A DNA stretch of 64,000 bases, taken from positions 144,088,001-144,152,000 of the forward strand of contig OX597814.1 in NCBI GenBank assembly GCA_951406725.2, read 5' to 3'. Position numbers and translations under genes: made by a program. Under the pieces are notes generated by a model, which did not search any database, had not been told where the DNA came from, and saw nothing but the letters and a program-made list of their open reading frames with translations. Within the stretch, counting starts at the first letter, position 1, and every line of letters begins with the position of its first letter. Below, piece by piece: positions 40,111 through 53,897 of this stretch. This DNA is from Octopus vulgaris (lineage: Eukaryota).

Positions 40111-41150
40111 TCTCCGACCTTCCAATGTTAAAATTAAGAACATGCATAAGTAGTATGTGTTGTGCTTTATAAAGCTATTTGTAGGTTCCATAAAATATTT
40201 CTTTATATATAATTTCCATTTATTACTTTCTAGTCTTTAAAGCTCGAATATGAAATGATTAGTTCATATGTCAAATTATTTCAATTTTTTTTATTAAATC
40301 ATCATAAAATGGCTAGCTGTGGAATGAATTTTTATTTTATGGTTGATACTCTGATACCAATGACGTGATAACAAGCTTGTAATGTCGCAGAATGTGTTAA
40401 TGTTTATTGTTATTATATTTGGTGTTACGCGTAAGTTTCTTTCTTTTTCTTCTAAATCCAGCGGTGCATACATGAATATTTGCATTCATGCATGTTTAGC
40501 TACCTCTCTTTCACTCACACATTCTCATATAAATATATATTTGTGTATACACGCACACAGACACACACATATATATATATATATCAATCTTATATATATA
40601 TTAATATGAATATATATATATATGTATATATATAGTGATTTTACGCAATTATTACAATGAGTAGAGTTAAGCATAATAATGGCTATAGAGGAAGAACTGG
40701 GGATATTTAGCAGCTGTTTACTCCAAGTTTTTAGCTTTGCTGCTTTTCAAATCATTTGACTATTAAAACTGCAAAACGCGAGTAAACAACAATTGAAATT
40801 GCAATTCGACTACTGTTATTACATATACACACACAATAATAGGACACGTTTTAATTGTTATGCCTGTTACACTTTGCTCGTGCATTCTGCCTGTACAGGC
40901 ATCGAAAAAATCAAATGAAGATGATGGACAGCAACAACGAAATTTAGTATAGTGGAGAATGGTTTGAAATTTCAATATTCTTTTTATATAGACATCAAAA
41001 GGAAACGATTCGCAACGATTTACAACGGGTAGTGTTTTACGGAGACCCAAAACTATGTTAGAATTTGCCCTTCAATAGTGAGTGTCAAAACTGAAATGTT
41101 TTGTATCTAAATTAAAAAATAAATTATAAAATTTAAATAAGCTATTATAC

Positions 41151-41388
41151 GGAGGCGCAATGGCCAAGTGGTTAGGGCAGCGGACTTGCGGTCGGAGGAT
41201 CGCGGTTTCGATTCCCAGACCGGGCGTTGTGTGTGTTTATTGAGCGAAAACACCTAAAAGCTCCACGAGGCTCCGGCAGGGGATGGTGGTGATCCCTGCT
41301 GTACTCTTTCACCACTCTAAAGGCGGTGCTCCAGCATGGCCGCAGTCAAATGACTGAAACAAGTACAAAAAAAAAAAAAAAAAAAAAT
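41151..41388 (+). mobile_element. Chimeric SINE: distinct tRNA head joined to the family B 3' tail and poly(A)
   Basis: ggaggcgcaatggccaagtggttagggc..ggtttcgattccc head; from ~41318 aaaggcggtgctccagcatggccgcagtcaaatgactgaaacaagt followed by an A-run. Confidence 0.75.
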
Positions 41389-41556
41389 ACGCACTTGAAA
41401 CAACACCATATTAAATTATTTGTATAAATTACATTTATAATGCCGATGGATCGTCATACGGCGTTGCGACCTGATTTGGTCTCTTCAGCTTATACATTAT
41501 GTTATACACAACTGCGTTTTAAAAATTTGATAGTTTTAAATATTTAATTGTAACTG

Positions 41557-41850
41557 ACACTCCGTCAATTACGGCGACAATTGTTCCAGTTGGTCCGATC
41601 AACGGAACATGCACGTGGGATCAACGTGCAAGTGGCTGAGTACTGCACACACATGCATACCCTTAGCGTTGTTCTCTGCGAGATTCGGCGTGATACAGAA
41701 TGTGACAAGTCTAACCCTTTGAAATACAGGTATTGCTCATTTTTGCCAGTTGAGTGGACTGGAGCAATATGAAATAAAATATCTTACCCAAGGACACAAA
41801 ACGCCGCCAGGTATCAAACTCATGACTGAATGCCCTAACGACTAAGCCAC
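41557..41850 (-). mobile_element. CORE-like SINE family C
   Basis: Reverse complement of 18924-19237 (gtgcaagtggctgag, tgtgacaag, ttgagtggactggagcaa). Confidence 0.8.
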
Positions 41851-42554
41851 AACCAGTAATTGTTTAATTAAAATCATTTTATTCCGTAAATGTGTCAGTG
41901 TTGTGACAGTCAATAAATGACAATAGTGGCAAAGACAGTCGTCACTCGCAAGCTTAATATAACTTGGTAACATATACCGAGCTTCCGCTAATTATTTTAG
42001 ATCACAATAAAGTCGTAATGAGAGAGTGTGGGTCCCTTCACTTTTAACCTAGCGGAACAGTTGGAAAGAATGAATGAGAAAGAGAGCGTATTTATTCATT
42101 ACACAGGACAGAAAAATGAATGGAATATATGTGATATGAAATGTTTTGCTCAACGACGCAACATCCAGGAATTGAACCTACCACCACATGACACTATATC
42201 ATTAGGAAACGTGTTTTCTCCAATAACGACAACATCAATAATTCCTGTAAATTACAATAGTTTGAAGATGGCACATGTAATTTCTGTTAGACGAACAGTT
42301 TCATCGGCAATTTTCTCCCCGCATAGTTTCTGGCTTCCAAATTTCACTCATCTTTTCTCTTGAGCAAAGTAAGAATACTTCACTTACTTAAAATGTCTCG
42401 CAATGGAATCAAATCCGGAAAATATGGTTGCGAAGCTAATTGGCTAAGCACACGACAATAGTAGCGTAGCAGCTGGCAATTGAGATTGCGCACTTAAAAA
42501 GTATCCTTACCACTGCATTAAAGCTTGTCTATCTTCAATATACCTAATTTATAA

Positions 42555-42753
42555 GGCAGCGAGCTGGCAGAAACGTTAGCCCACCGGGTGAAATGCTTAG
42601 CGGCATTTCGTCTGTCTTTATGTTCTGAGTTCAAATTCCGCCGAGGTTTACTTGGCATTTCATCCTTTCGGGGTCGATAAATTAAGTACTAGCTGCGTAC
42701 TGGGGTCGATCTAATCCCCGAAAAATTTCGGGCCTTGTGTCTAGAGAAGAAAA
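42555..42753 (+). mobile_element. SINE family A
   Basis: Near-consensus monomer. Confidence 0.9.
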
Positions 42754-44799
42754 CAAGTATACTGCATATTAAATGCAGCGAGAGAATTGTAAGCCCCCAA
42801 ATTTTATTAATTTGCAATGCAGGGTTCAAATATGTTTATAAGTATGAGCAATAAAAATAAATGTTCACAGCTCTTTCATAATTCCTCAAAGTGGAGAAAA
42901 GGCTGCTGTTACAGTTTTATCACTGTTGTGCCACAGCTTTGTCGAAGCCGACATATCTCAGTTTCTCTGAAGTGCACAAAATCTCATAGTGATTAACAGT
43001 ACACAGTAAATAGAAAAGAGAATAGTGGTACGAAAAATAGAGAAAAAAGTTCATGTTTTTACTACTTAGAAAACTCCAAGAAATCTAGGTGCATATGTAT
43101 AATGAGGAAGAATAAGTCAAAAAGTATACAAAAGATATAGGTAGATTTATGCGCTGACCAGATTAGATATCTAAAATTTAATGCCAAACGAAGGGAGACG
43201 GAATCCAGGCAGACATGAGTTGGCTATAGGAAATATAGCGGTCGTACTGATGAAAACCTGATTTGATAAAATATAGATAGGTGGTTGTTAATAGCATCAA
43301 AACATCTATAAAATAAGTTATACAGATGTAAGAATAAATACAATCAAGCAGAAAAACCGGTGCATAAGTATCAACTTTTCTATGATTGCATTTCGATGTT
43401 TGTATGTATGTATATGATGCGTGTATACTTACTTCTGCAAGTCTAATTTATGGTAGGGTCAGTACTAAGCCAATGCGCTATCACTCCATGTAGTTAATGG
43501 CTTAGTCGCTTTACACACATTTATTCACTTACTCGCACGCTTACACGCAGATACACGTTTCTACGCAGTAGCTATCATGCGGGCTGTCCTGCTTTATTTG
43601 TATCAACTATGTTCCAGTGGAAAGTAATGTTAGCGTCAGAAAACAGTGATTTGCATAAATCGACAAACCATCGGGTTACAGTCACACGTAATTCTAAATA
43701 GGAAATCAAAAACTTGTTGCTTTAATCAGGGAGCTCAATCACCACAACCTATGTCAGTTGAATTTATCGTTGGTTGTAGATTTTTATCAGTGAAAATTAG
43801 AGTAACTGGTAAATACGATAAGCTTCGATGTAAGTCATTCTTGATATACTATTAATGTATACTTATCATGATTGATATACTATCCACGTTATTTGATAGC
43901 AGTAAAAAAAAAAAAAATCTAACGTGAGTTGTTATTGTAGCTTTAAACTTAGCGCATGATATTTCATGTAAATATTCTTTCTTTTTCTTTACTTTTGACT
44001 GATCTCCAGAAAGTTAATCGACGAAGCTGCTCTATAATATATTCACTAGCAAAGTTCCAGGTAGTCCGGGCATTAACCTGTTTACGAGCCGCTCGACCAT
44101 CAAATCACAACCCGTTTCAAGAAAAAAAAACTACATTATACAACGTGGTCCTGGGTTCTCTGTACATAGGTAAAAAAAAAGAAATGGATAGCCGCGTCAG
44201 GAATGTCTTTGATCAAATGTCTACACGATCGGTGTTGAACTGCGGTGGGGGCTGGATGGACTAAGCAACAATAAAACTACTAAAAGGACTAAAGAATTAA
44301 TACATAGTTTAATATTCGTGAAATATATATTTTATGTAAATATTAGCACAAAGCCGAACAATTTTTAGGAAAATATTTAGTTGATTATGTATGTTTGCGC
44401 ACGCGCGTGTGGGTTGAGAAGGATAAATCTCAAAGTGAGTATTGGGACCTTTGTCTGGTATTCTGCCGTTTTGCTCCTATGGTACGCTTAATATTCGTGC
44501 CCAACATTTGTTTATATATCTATTTAAAAGTAAAGTCAAGTCACCACTCACGAGCCAGTATGGCTTATATACGATGCTTTCACTAAGTGCTTTAGATGCC
44601 TATTTTGTCATAAACTCACTCTCTACCCTTCTACCATAGATCTAGCGAAACATTGGGGATATGGCGACTGCAAGGAGAGAGGACTGCACCAATCGCGAAT
44701 CTATAATCATAACAGCTGAGTAGACTCAAGCCACAAGAACTTGCTTAAGAACAAAACGTACTACCCTTGAAAGAAATACCTTATAGTCATTAGCCGAAC

Positions 44800-45375
44800 A
44801 TCCCACGATGCAGTACTTTGGGCAAGTATCGTCTGTAATGCTGTAGTCCCGCACCGACTAAAGCCTTGTGAGTGACAGTGGTAGACGGAAACTCCGAAAG
44901 TCTGTCGTATGAATATGTGTGTGTGTTTTCCTTGACAATGTGCTTGTTGGTTAACATCGCCGTAACTTAGCGTTTCAGCAAAACAGAACGATAGCAAAGT
45001 ACGAGACTCTAAAATTAAGCCCTGGGATCGATTTGTTCGGTTAAACCCACCAAAGCGGTGCCCCTGCATGACCACAGTCTACTGGCTGAAACAAGATAAC
45101 AGATACACACATGCATACATATTATATATAGTCGTAGCTCTGTAGTAAGTGGTTCGCTTCCCAACCACATCATTCTGGCTTTAGCCCACTGCGTGACACC
45201 GGCAGTGTATTCTTCTGTAGCGTTGGGCCAGCCAAAGCCTTGTGTGTGGGGAATTTGGTAGACGGAAATTGAAATAAACCAGCCCGTTGTATGTGCGTGT
45301 CTTTGTGCATGCGTTTGTTCTCCACTATCGTTTGGTAATCAGAGTTGGTTTGTTGACGTCCCGTAACTTAGTGGT
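44800..45375 (+). mobile_element. Two tandem degenerate SINE family B copies
   Basis: aagccttgtg..gtagacggaa..cgtaacttag appears twice. Confidence 0.7.
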
Positions 45376-45597
45376 GATCCCCTCCTACTCCAGGCGAATA
45401 ATACCTTTGCAACACTCAAGAGAGAAACCTCTAACCTATTGATGTGTTTTAGGATAGTCGTTGCTGGAGAGGGTTTGACAAGGTCGCAGTTCAAATACTA
45501 GCTTAGCCTCTTTTGCGACACGTAGAGGAGCAGAGGAAATCTTGGTACCTACACAGCATGGCACAATATATATATGAATAGATAGATAAAAAATTAA

Positions 45598-45844
45598 GGG
45601 GAATGACCACTAAAGTGGACACCCTATATTCTAAACATAGACGTCAAATCGGCATTACCACGAAGAATGTGTTCTCAAGAAAAAAATCCCAGCAAAACGC
45701 CAAAATGTAAAAATGTAAAAATTTTTACATTTTGTCGTTTTGCTGAGATTTTTTTTTTTTTTTTTGAGAACACATTCTTCGTGGTAATGGCGATTTGACG
45801 TCTATATTTAGCATATAGGGTGCCTAATTTGGAGGTCATTCCTC
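45598..45844. mobile_element. Spacer-less palindromic MITE flanked by TTAA (Kolobok-like termini)
   Basis: TTAA|ggggaatgacc...ggtcattcctc|TTAA; ~125-bp arms meet at tgtaaaaa|tttttaca (~45721). Confidence 0.7.
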
Positions 45845-46013
45845 TTAATTTTGTATGTAGTACAATTTTTAATCTTCGGATTTTTAAATATGCTAAGCCA
45901 CTGGTTTTAATTGATTAACATCAATTTCTACCCTTATTTCTAATTTTGAATAGATAGATAGATAGATAGATAAAGAAATGGAGTTAAACGCAGGTGTTAT
46001 TCAAATCTTTATA

Positions 46014-46101
46014 CTTCCGACATATGTTTCGAAGAAAGCGTTGGTATTATTCCAGAGGGAATAAAATGATGTAAAACAATGCGAACTTCTCATCAGGGAA
46101 A
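46014..46101 (-). ncRNA. Type I hammerhead ribozyme with intact core and minimal palindromic helix III
   Basis: Minus strand: UUUCC CUGAUGA GAAG...CUUC GAAAC AUAU GUC GGAAG. Stem I UUUCC/GGAAG, stem II GAAG/CUUC extended by AUUCC/GGAAU, cleavage triplet GUC at 46021-46019. Confidence 0.8.
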
Positions 46102-46336
46102 AAAGACTTGCCAGCGTTCCCTTCATCATATACGTAGTCATAAATATTTGAATAACACCTGCGTTTTACTACATTTCTTTATTTATCTGTGATTCAAAAA
46201 TATTTCACTAAACTCTGGAATTTCTACCTTTTAAGTAGGCTGTTACATCCTTGGTACTTATGTAAATATTTTGCTACCCTGGTAACGATTTTAGTTTTTC
46301 CGTGTTATTTTTACACATTGAAAATCATACACATAC

Positions 46337-46389
<53 letters not shown>

Positions 46390-46393
<4 letters not shown>

Positions 46394-46556
46394 GTTGGCC
46401 GAAAGTCACCCGACAGTAGATCGAAATTCCATAAATACTATATGTAATTCTGTATTGACTCGAACGGAAAAATGTGTCGCCATTCATTTGTTAAACATAA
46501 ATAAATCTTGGAATTAAATTGGTTTTATTTACTATCAGGTGACTTTTGGCCAACCT

Positions 46557-46558
<2 letters not shown>
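46390..46558. mobile_element. Small Tc1/mariner MITE inside a (TA)n tract
   Basis: TA|cagagttggccgaaagtcacccgacagta...tactatcaggtgacttttggccaaccttg|TA. Confidence 0.85.
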
Positions 46559-46627
<69 letters not shown>

Positions 46628-47165
46628 AATGAAAATGCGTTGTAAATAAACAACGACAGATAAAAAAACGTATCCGTATACTGAGTGTCCAAATGGACGG
46701 GAGACAGACACAGAAGGTTCCTGATTCTTCATCCGTTATCAACCAAAATGGTAAGTTTCGCATATATATATATCAGGGGTGGGGGTTCGGCATTCGAAAG
46801 CTAGACAAGCAGGGATTCAATTTCAAACATGTTACCTTTACTTCTTTCTTTCGTTCTTTTTCAATTTTTTTTTTCTTGTGGGTGGAGTAAATTAAATATA
46901 TCCCGAGATGGTGGATCTTTTACTAATCCTCATATTTGCACTAATTTTGTGTAATGTGGGGTAACTTCAATCGTAGTTGGAGTTACCTGTGGAGGGGTGC
47001 ACAGGACTTCATGAAATGTGTACAACAAAAAATTACAAAGCATGAGTACATGGAATATGAACTATTCTTTCGAACAACGAAAGACACAAATGGAAAACAA
47101 AATAAACAACATAAAGAACGACCCTTCATCAGTTGGCTCTTTTTCGAGTCTTGTATTTCGAGCAT

Positions 47166-47227
<62 letters not shown>

Positions 47228-47311
47228 CTATCTATATATGTTTCTACAAAATAATGATATACTTGGCGCACATTAGATACCAATGTTCTTGATCGTGCTT
47301 CCTTATATGTT

Positions 47312-47372
<61 letters not shown>

Positions 47373-48077
47373 ATATATAAACATGTAAGGAGCCACGAAC
47401 AAGGAACATTGGTATATAATGTGCGGCAAGTATATCAACATTTTGCAGAAACGTCGTTGCGTCGACATCAATATAGCCATTATCATTATCACCATCATCG
47501 TGGTCATCACAATTGTCATCGTCGTCGTCGTCATCATCATCATCACCATTATCGTCATTGTCAGTGTTACTATCATCATCTTAGTTATCATTTTGTCATC
47601 ACAATCTTCATCATTGTTTTTATCAGCAATAATCATTAGGCCCATGACAATTTTCACGATGACAGTGTTGAAGGTGATCAGAATTAGTTGTGCGTGTGAT
47701 CATAATGATAATGAAGGAAACAGAACGATGAACGAAGATTATGGTGATGATAACGATAAGGTGATGTTGATGGTGATAAGATGACGTTCATGGTAATGAC
47801 GGTGAAGCTACGAGGCTGATGTTGATATGTTGATGATCGTGATGATGATGATGATGAGGAGGAGGAGGAAGAAGAAGAGGAGAAAAACATGATGATGACG
47901 ATCCTAAGGTAATGGCGAGGAGGAAGTAAGGAACAATAGCTTATGGAAATGGAGCAAGGAGGAGGGTGCAGAAAGGATGGGCGCAAGAGAAGTCGATACT
48001 GATTATGGCTTGTGGTTTATTTTCATTTAATCACAGCAAATGGGGGGGGGGGCGGAAGACAATAAAATTAACAAATA

Positions 48078-48294
48078 CAAAGCGGTGCTGAAGAGTTCCG
48101 GGGTTTGAATAAAAGAAAATGTTGGAGGATCAGTTAATTATGATTTTATTGAACATATTCTCCTCTGAGATTCACAAAGTTATTGCAGAGGTGCTTCAGT
48201 TTTTCTAAGCCCTGTAAAAGAACTTGGGATGTTGAGCTTTCAACCAGGCCTATCGCGATACTCTTAAAGCCGGGAACTTTTCAGCAGCCCCTCG
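48078..48294. mobile_element. mariner-derived MITE
   Basis: TA|caaagcggtgctgaagagttccgg...ccgggaacttttcagcagcccctcg|TA; minus remnant CNNFVNLRGEYVQ* resembles a mariner C-terminus. Confidence 0.8.
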
Positions 48295-48612
48295 TACGTA
48301 ACGGAAAATGAATAGAAATATCATCATGATTCAAACAAAAACCAAGAAACGGTTTTCTGTTTTCATGGAGTTCTAAAATTACTTATTCATACTGATAAAA
48401 TTACATAACAGAAGCTGAGAAGAGAGACATGTACGGCGAGAGAAGAAAAAACATCAACAAAATTACTGGAAGGACAGATAAATGAGATAAGAAAATTGGC
48501 AACAAAATGTCAAGCAAAAGTGATGAACAGAAAAACCAATACAGGGCCTAAAAATCTGCGCGCGCTTATTTGTAAGGGCACACATATATGCGTGTGTGCA
48601 TTATGTGTGTGT

Positions 48613-48657
<45 letters not shown>

Positions 48658-48856
48658 CGCGCGCGCAGTGGAACAAACAGGAGCAATAGAAGTCATTATA
48701 TATAAGTGTATATTTATGAATTTTAATTGCATCTCAAGTGATATAAGTGACTTGAGGTGCTAAAGTATCGTGAATTGCACTTATGAAATTTTATATAAAT
48801 GCAATGCACGAAATTCGGACACTTTGATCCACTTATGTAACTTTATAACCTTTTAC

Positions 48857-48905
<49 letters not shown>

Positions 48906-49158
48906 CAAACATACATACATACATACATACACACACATACGCACAGAAAAACGCACACACATGCACATATATACATAAATACATACATAAACTAATCATT
49001 CGCACACTCATATGTGTGTGTGTGTGTGTGCGTGTGTGTGTGTGTCTGTGTACCTGTGTGTGTATATGTGTGTGTCTTAGTAGGTTCGCGTCTACAAATA
49101 AGTGACCATCGGGACTGACTTATTCATACCATACTAATAATATCTACAAATAGATGTA

Positions 49159-49692
49159 GGCGGCGAGCTGGCAGAAATGTTAGCACGGCGGGCGAAATGC
49201 TAAGCAGTATTTCTTCTGCCGCTACGTTCTGATTTCAAATTCCGCCGAGGTCGACTTTGCCTTTCATCCTCTCGGGGTCGATAAATTAAGTACCTGTTAC
49301 GCACTGTGATCGATGTAATCTGTTTGTCTGTCCGTGTTTGTCCTCTCTGTGTTTAGCTCTTGTGGGTAGAAAAGAAATAGGTATTTCATCTGTTTTTAAG
49401 TTCTGAGTTCAACGTTCCGCCGAGGTCGACTTTTCTTTTCATCCTTTTGGGGTCGATATAATCGACTTAATCCATTTGTCTGTCCTTATTTGTCCCCTCT
49501 GTGCGTAGCCCCTTGTGGGCTGTAAAGAAATAAGAAACGTTAGCACGTCGGGAGAAATGCTTAGCGGTATTTTGTCTGTCTTTACGTTCTGAGTTCAAAT
49601 TCCGTCCAGGTCGATTTTGTCTTTCATCCTTTCAGGATCAATAAATTGAGTAGTCGATTAGAACAATCGACTGGCCCCCTCCCCGAAAGAAT
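49159..49692 (+). mobile_element. SINE family A, three-module copy
   Basis: B-box/core unit at ~49227, ~49400 and ~49587 with intervening tttgtctgtcc..ttgtggg modules. Confidence 0.9.
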
Positions 49693-50609
49693 ATTTCAAA
49701 TAAATCAATGGTAAAGTTATAGATAATTTGAATATTAGTAGTAGTAATAATAATAATAATAAACATTATATTCATGCAAGATGAGATCAAAATTAATAGA
49801 TAAATGTTAGCAAATACTTTTGAGGACTGTAGGTAAGGATTTAACGACTAGATTACATAAAATTACGTCAATGAATAAAAGCAAAGAGAAAAGACATTGT
49901 AATTTCATACACCGACTATTTAATAATTCTACGATACTGTGAATAAATGAAAGAAAATGATGGAAGAATTCGAAATGTGCATTGGAACGAACTTAGAAAT
50001 GCACAGACTGTTTTCTGTATTTATTTGTGAATTTCGGTTCAGAAGAGTGTGACAAAATTTTCGTAAGAAACAATTATGTTATTAAAGTGAACAATTGATT
50101 TTTAAAATTAACTAATTGTAAAATCAATGAAATTTCAAATTAAAAACGATTACCATAAATTCACAAATCTAATTATAAATTATGTAATAACAAGGGTTAT
50201 TACTAATGATTACACCAATGTGGTCGTTGGACTTTATAAAAATAGCAACCAAATTTTCGTCGAATCATATCCAGCAGTCTTACAAAAAACACGAACATAT
50301 TGGGTGCAGCATGTTAGGGAAAAACAAAATGACGGGTAGGTCATTAATGGAATGCATTTGCTCTTACATGCATTTGACCTCAAGGTGACCAGCAGTGTGA
50401 TATTATATGCACACATTTGCTCGTGTCTTTCACCAAGGACATTTACATATAGTAAAGATGCAAGAACTCACGCATACACTCACGCGAGCACAAACAACTG
50501 TGTTCAAAAGAGACAAGATCTCACCGAACAGAAGTGCAAATATATATGTAAATATATTTATATATATATATATAGATATATATGTCTTTGTATGTATGTA
50601 TGCATGCAT

Positions 50610-50671
<62 letters not shown>

Positions 50672-50970
50672 GTATGCATATATATATGTATATATATATG
50701 TACGTGTGAGTATATATATGTGTGTATATTTATATATGAGAGTATGTATATATTTATATGTATATCTATATGTATTTATATAAGTATATGTATATACTTA
50801 TATATATGTATATATATATGCATATATATATGCATGTATGTATATATATGTATATATGCATGTATATAAATATATTTATATATGCATGTATATAGATATG
50901 TAAATATACATGTATATATCTATATGTATGTATATATATATGTAAATATGTCTATGTATATGTATATATG

Positions 50971-51012
<42 letters not shown>

Positions 51013-51561
51013 CATGTACATATATATGTGTATATATATATTTATATGTATATATATATATGTATTTATATGTGTATGTATATATATATGTGTGTATATA
51101 TAATATACGTATATATATATGTATATATATATGTATGTATGTATATATATATGTACATATATATAATATATGGAGACTTATATATATGTATATATATATG
51201 TATGTATGTATATATATATATGTACATGTATATAATATATGGAGACATATATATATATATGTGTGTGTGTGAGTGTATAGTGAATTCAAACATAGAAGCA
51301 CAAACAAGAAGAAAGAATAACGCGAGGATGTCGTACAAATACTGTATTCTCAGACACTCAGGAAAGGTAAGGTAGAGGATTTTACGATTCGAGCAAAACT
51401 ATTCTTTAGAAATACAGGAAAGTCCGAAGAAAAGGAACAGGAGGAAGATCCTCAACGAAACCCACGAGGTTACATTTTGAAATATATATATATATATATG
51501 TGTGTGTGTGCATATATATATATATATATATATGTGTGTATATATATATCTCTTTCTCTCT

Positions 51562-51765
51562 TTCTCTTTTACTTGTTTCAGTCATTTGACTGCGGCCATG
51601 CTGGTGCACCGCCTTTAGTCGAGCAAATCGACCCCGGGACTTATTCTTTGTAAGCCCAGTACTTATTCTATCGGTCTCTTTTTGCCGAACCGCTAAGTGA
51701 CGGGGACATAAACACACCAGCATTGGTTGTCAAGCAATGCTAGGGGCACAAACACACACACACAA

Positions 51766-51798
<33 letters not shown>

Positions 51799-51953
51799 CA
51801 TATATACGACAGGCTTCTTTCAGTTTCCGTCTACCAAATCCACTCACAAGGCATTGGTCGGCCCGGGGCTATAGCAGAAGACACTTGCCCAAGATGTCAC
51901 GCAGTGGGACTGAACCCGGAACCATGTGGTTGGTTAGCAAGCTACTTACCACA
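51562..51953 (-). mobile_element. SINE family B
   Basis: Close reverse-complement match to 11071-11425. Confidence 0.9.
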
Positions 51954-51967
51954 CATATATATGTATA

Positions 51968-52008
<41 letters not shown>

Positions 52009-52299
52009 TTATATATATATATGCATATATATATGTGTATATATGTGTATATATAAAAATGTGTGTGTATATATATGTGTATATATAAACATGTATATAT
52101 ATATATATATAAATATGTGCATATATATACATATATATACATATGTATATGTGTATATATACACATATATATGTATATATATATGTGTGTGTGTGTATGT
52201 ATATATGCCTATATATATATACATATATACAAATATATATATATTCTTGGTGAATTTTCAAAACTGAGCTCACATTCCTATGGTATATTTCGATGTTTT

Positions 52300-52320
52300 T
52301 ATAATAATAATAATAATAAC

Positions 52321-52365
<45 letters not shown>

Positions 52366-52387
52366 CATTATTATTATTATTGTTATT

Positions 52388-52464
<77 letters not shown>

Positions 52465-52477
52465 CATTATTATTATA

Positions 52478-52545
<68 letters not shown>

Positions 52546-52620
52546 TATTATTCAGGTCTCTGCCTGCAATCGAACACGGAATCTTGGGGTTAGTAGCCCG
52601 TGCTCTTAAACACTAGATCA
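52300..52620 (-). mobile_element. SINE family D with a ~250-bp (TAA/TGA)n tail
   Basis: 52551-52615 is the reverse complement of the 990-1060 head; (TAT)n/(CAT)n spans 52300-52552. Confidence 0.75.
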
Positions 52621-52632
52621 TGTGTCCGTATG

Positions 52633-52690
<58 letters not shown>

Positions 52691-52898
52691 CATGTATGTG
52701 TGTGTGTGTATGTGTGTGTGTGTCTGTATACATATATGTATATATATAGTTTATATAAAATATTATTATTATAAATGTGTATATATATTATCATAAATGT
52801 ATATATATATACATATATATATCTAAATACATAACTATATGTATATATGTATGTGTATATGTATATATATATGTATATATGTATATATATATATATGT

Positions 52899-52946
<48 letters not shown>

Positions 52947-53351
52947 GCATATGCATGTATATATGCATATATGTATATATATATGTGCATATATATATGT
53001 ATATATATATATATTTATATATATATATGTGTGTGTGTGTGTATATATATGTATATATACATACATATATATGTAGATATATATTTGTATTTTTCTTTGC
53101 ATCATTGAACTACGGCCAAGCTGAGGCAAAGCCTTGAGAGTTTTTTTGTGGGACAAGTCTATCCTCATACGTAATTTTTAAGTCTATCTGATACTTATTC
53201 AATGAGATTTCTTTTGCCAGACCTCTAAATAAACAAGTAGGTTGTTGAGTTCTAGGGAGAGTGAACAGCAACACAGAGATACACAGCAATACAGATACAT
53301 ATAGTCTGAATTGAATTTATAATTGTTCAATTTATTGTTTTCTTTTCCGTT

Positions 53352-53445
<94 letters not shown>

Positions 53446-53865
53446 ATAGACATGCACATTTGACTCTATGCATATTACGTCTATCATATTCAATCAAAAT
53501 GAACCGCTCAGTTCCGAGCTATTGTAAAATATATTCCCAAGCTGAAGCGGGACTGAACCCAAAACCACGTCGTTGCAAATCGAGAGTCTTAACCACACAA
53601 CCAAAGACCTTAACAATACTTCCTCCGCTGAAGTCTAGTAGTTTAAAGGTTACAGTTTCTAAATTAGTTGGAAATACAATATTTGGTAGATGATGTAAAG
53701 AGTGTTTAGGTATGCATTTAAACAAGTTAAATTTTTCGACGACTCTAGTTTCACGGCGATCGTTCTTTTAGTTGTGTGTATGTGTGCGCTTGTCTATGCA
53801 CGCGCGTGCGTGTGATCAGTTGTATTTCAAAGCAAAAGTCTGTGTCACTGTGTGTTTGCGTATTC

Positions 53866-53897
<32 letters not shown>

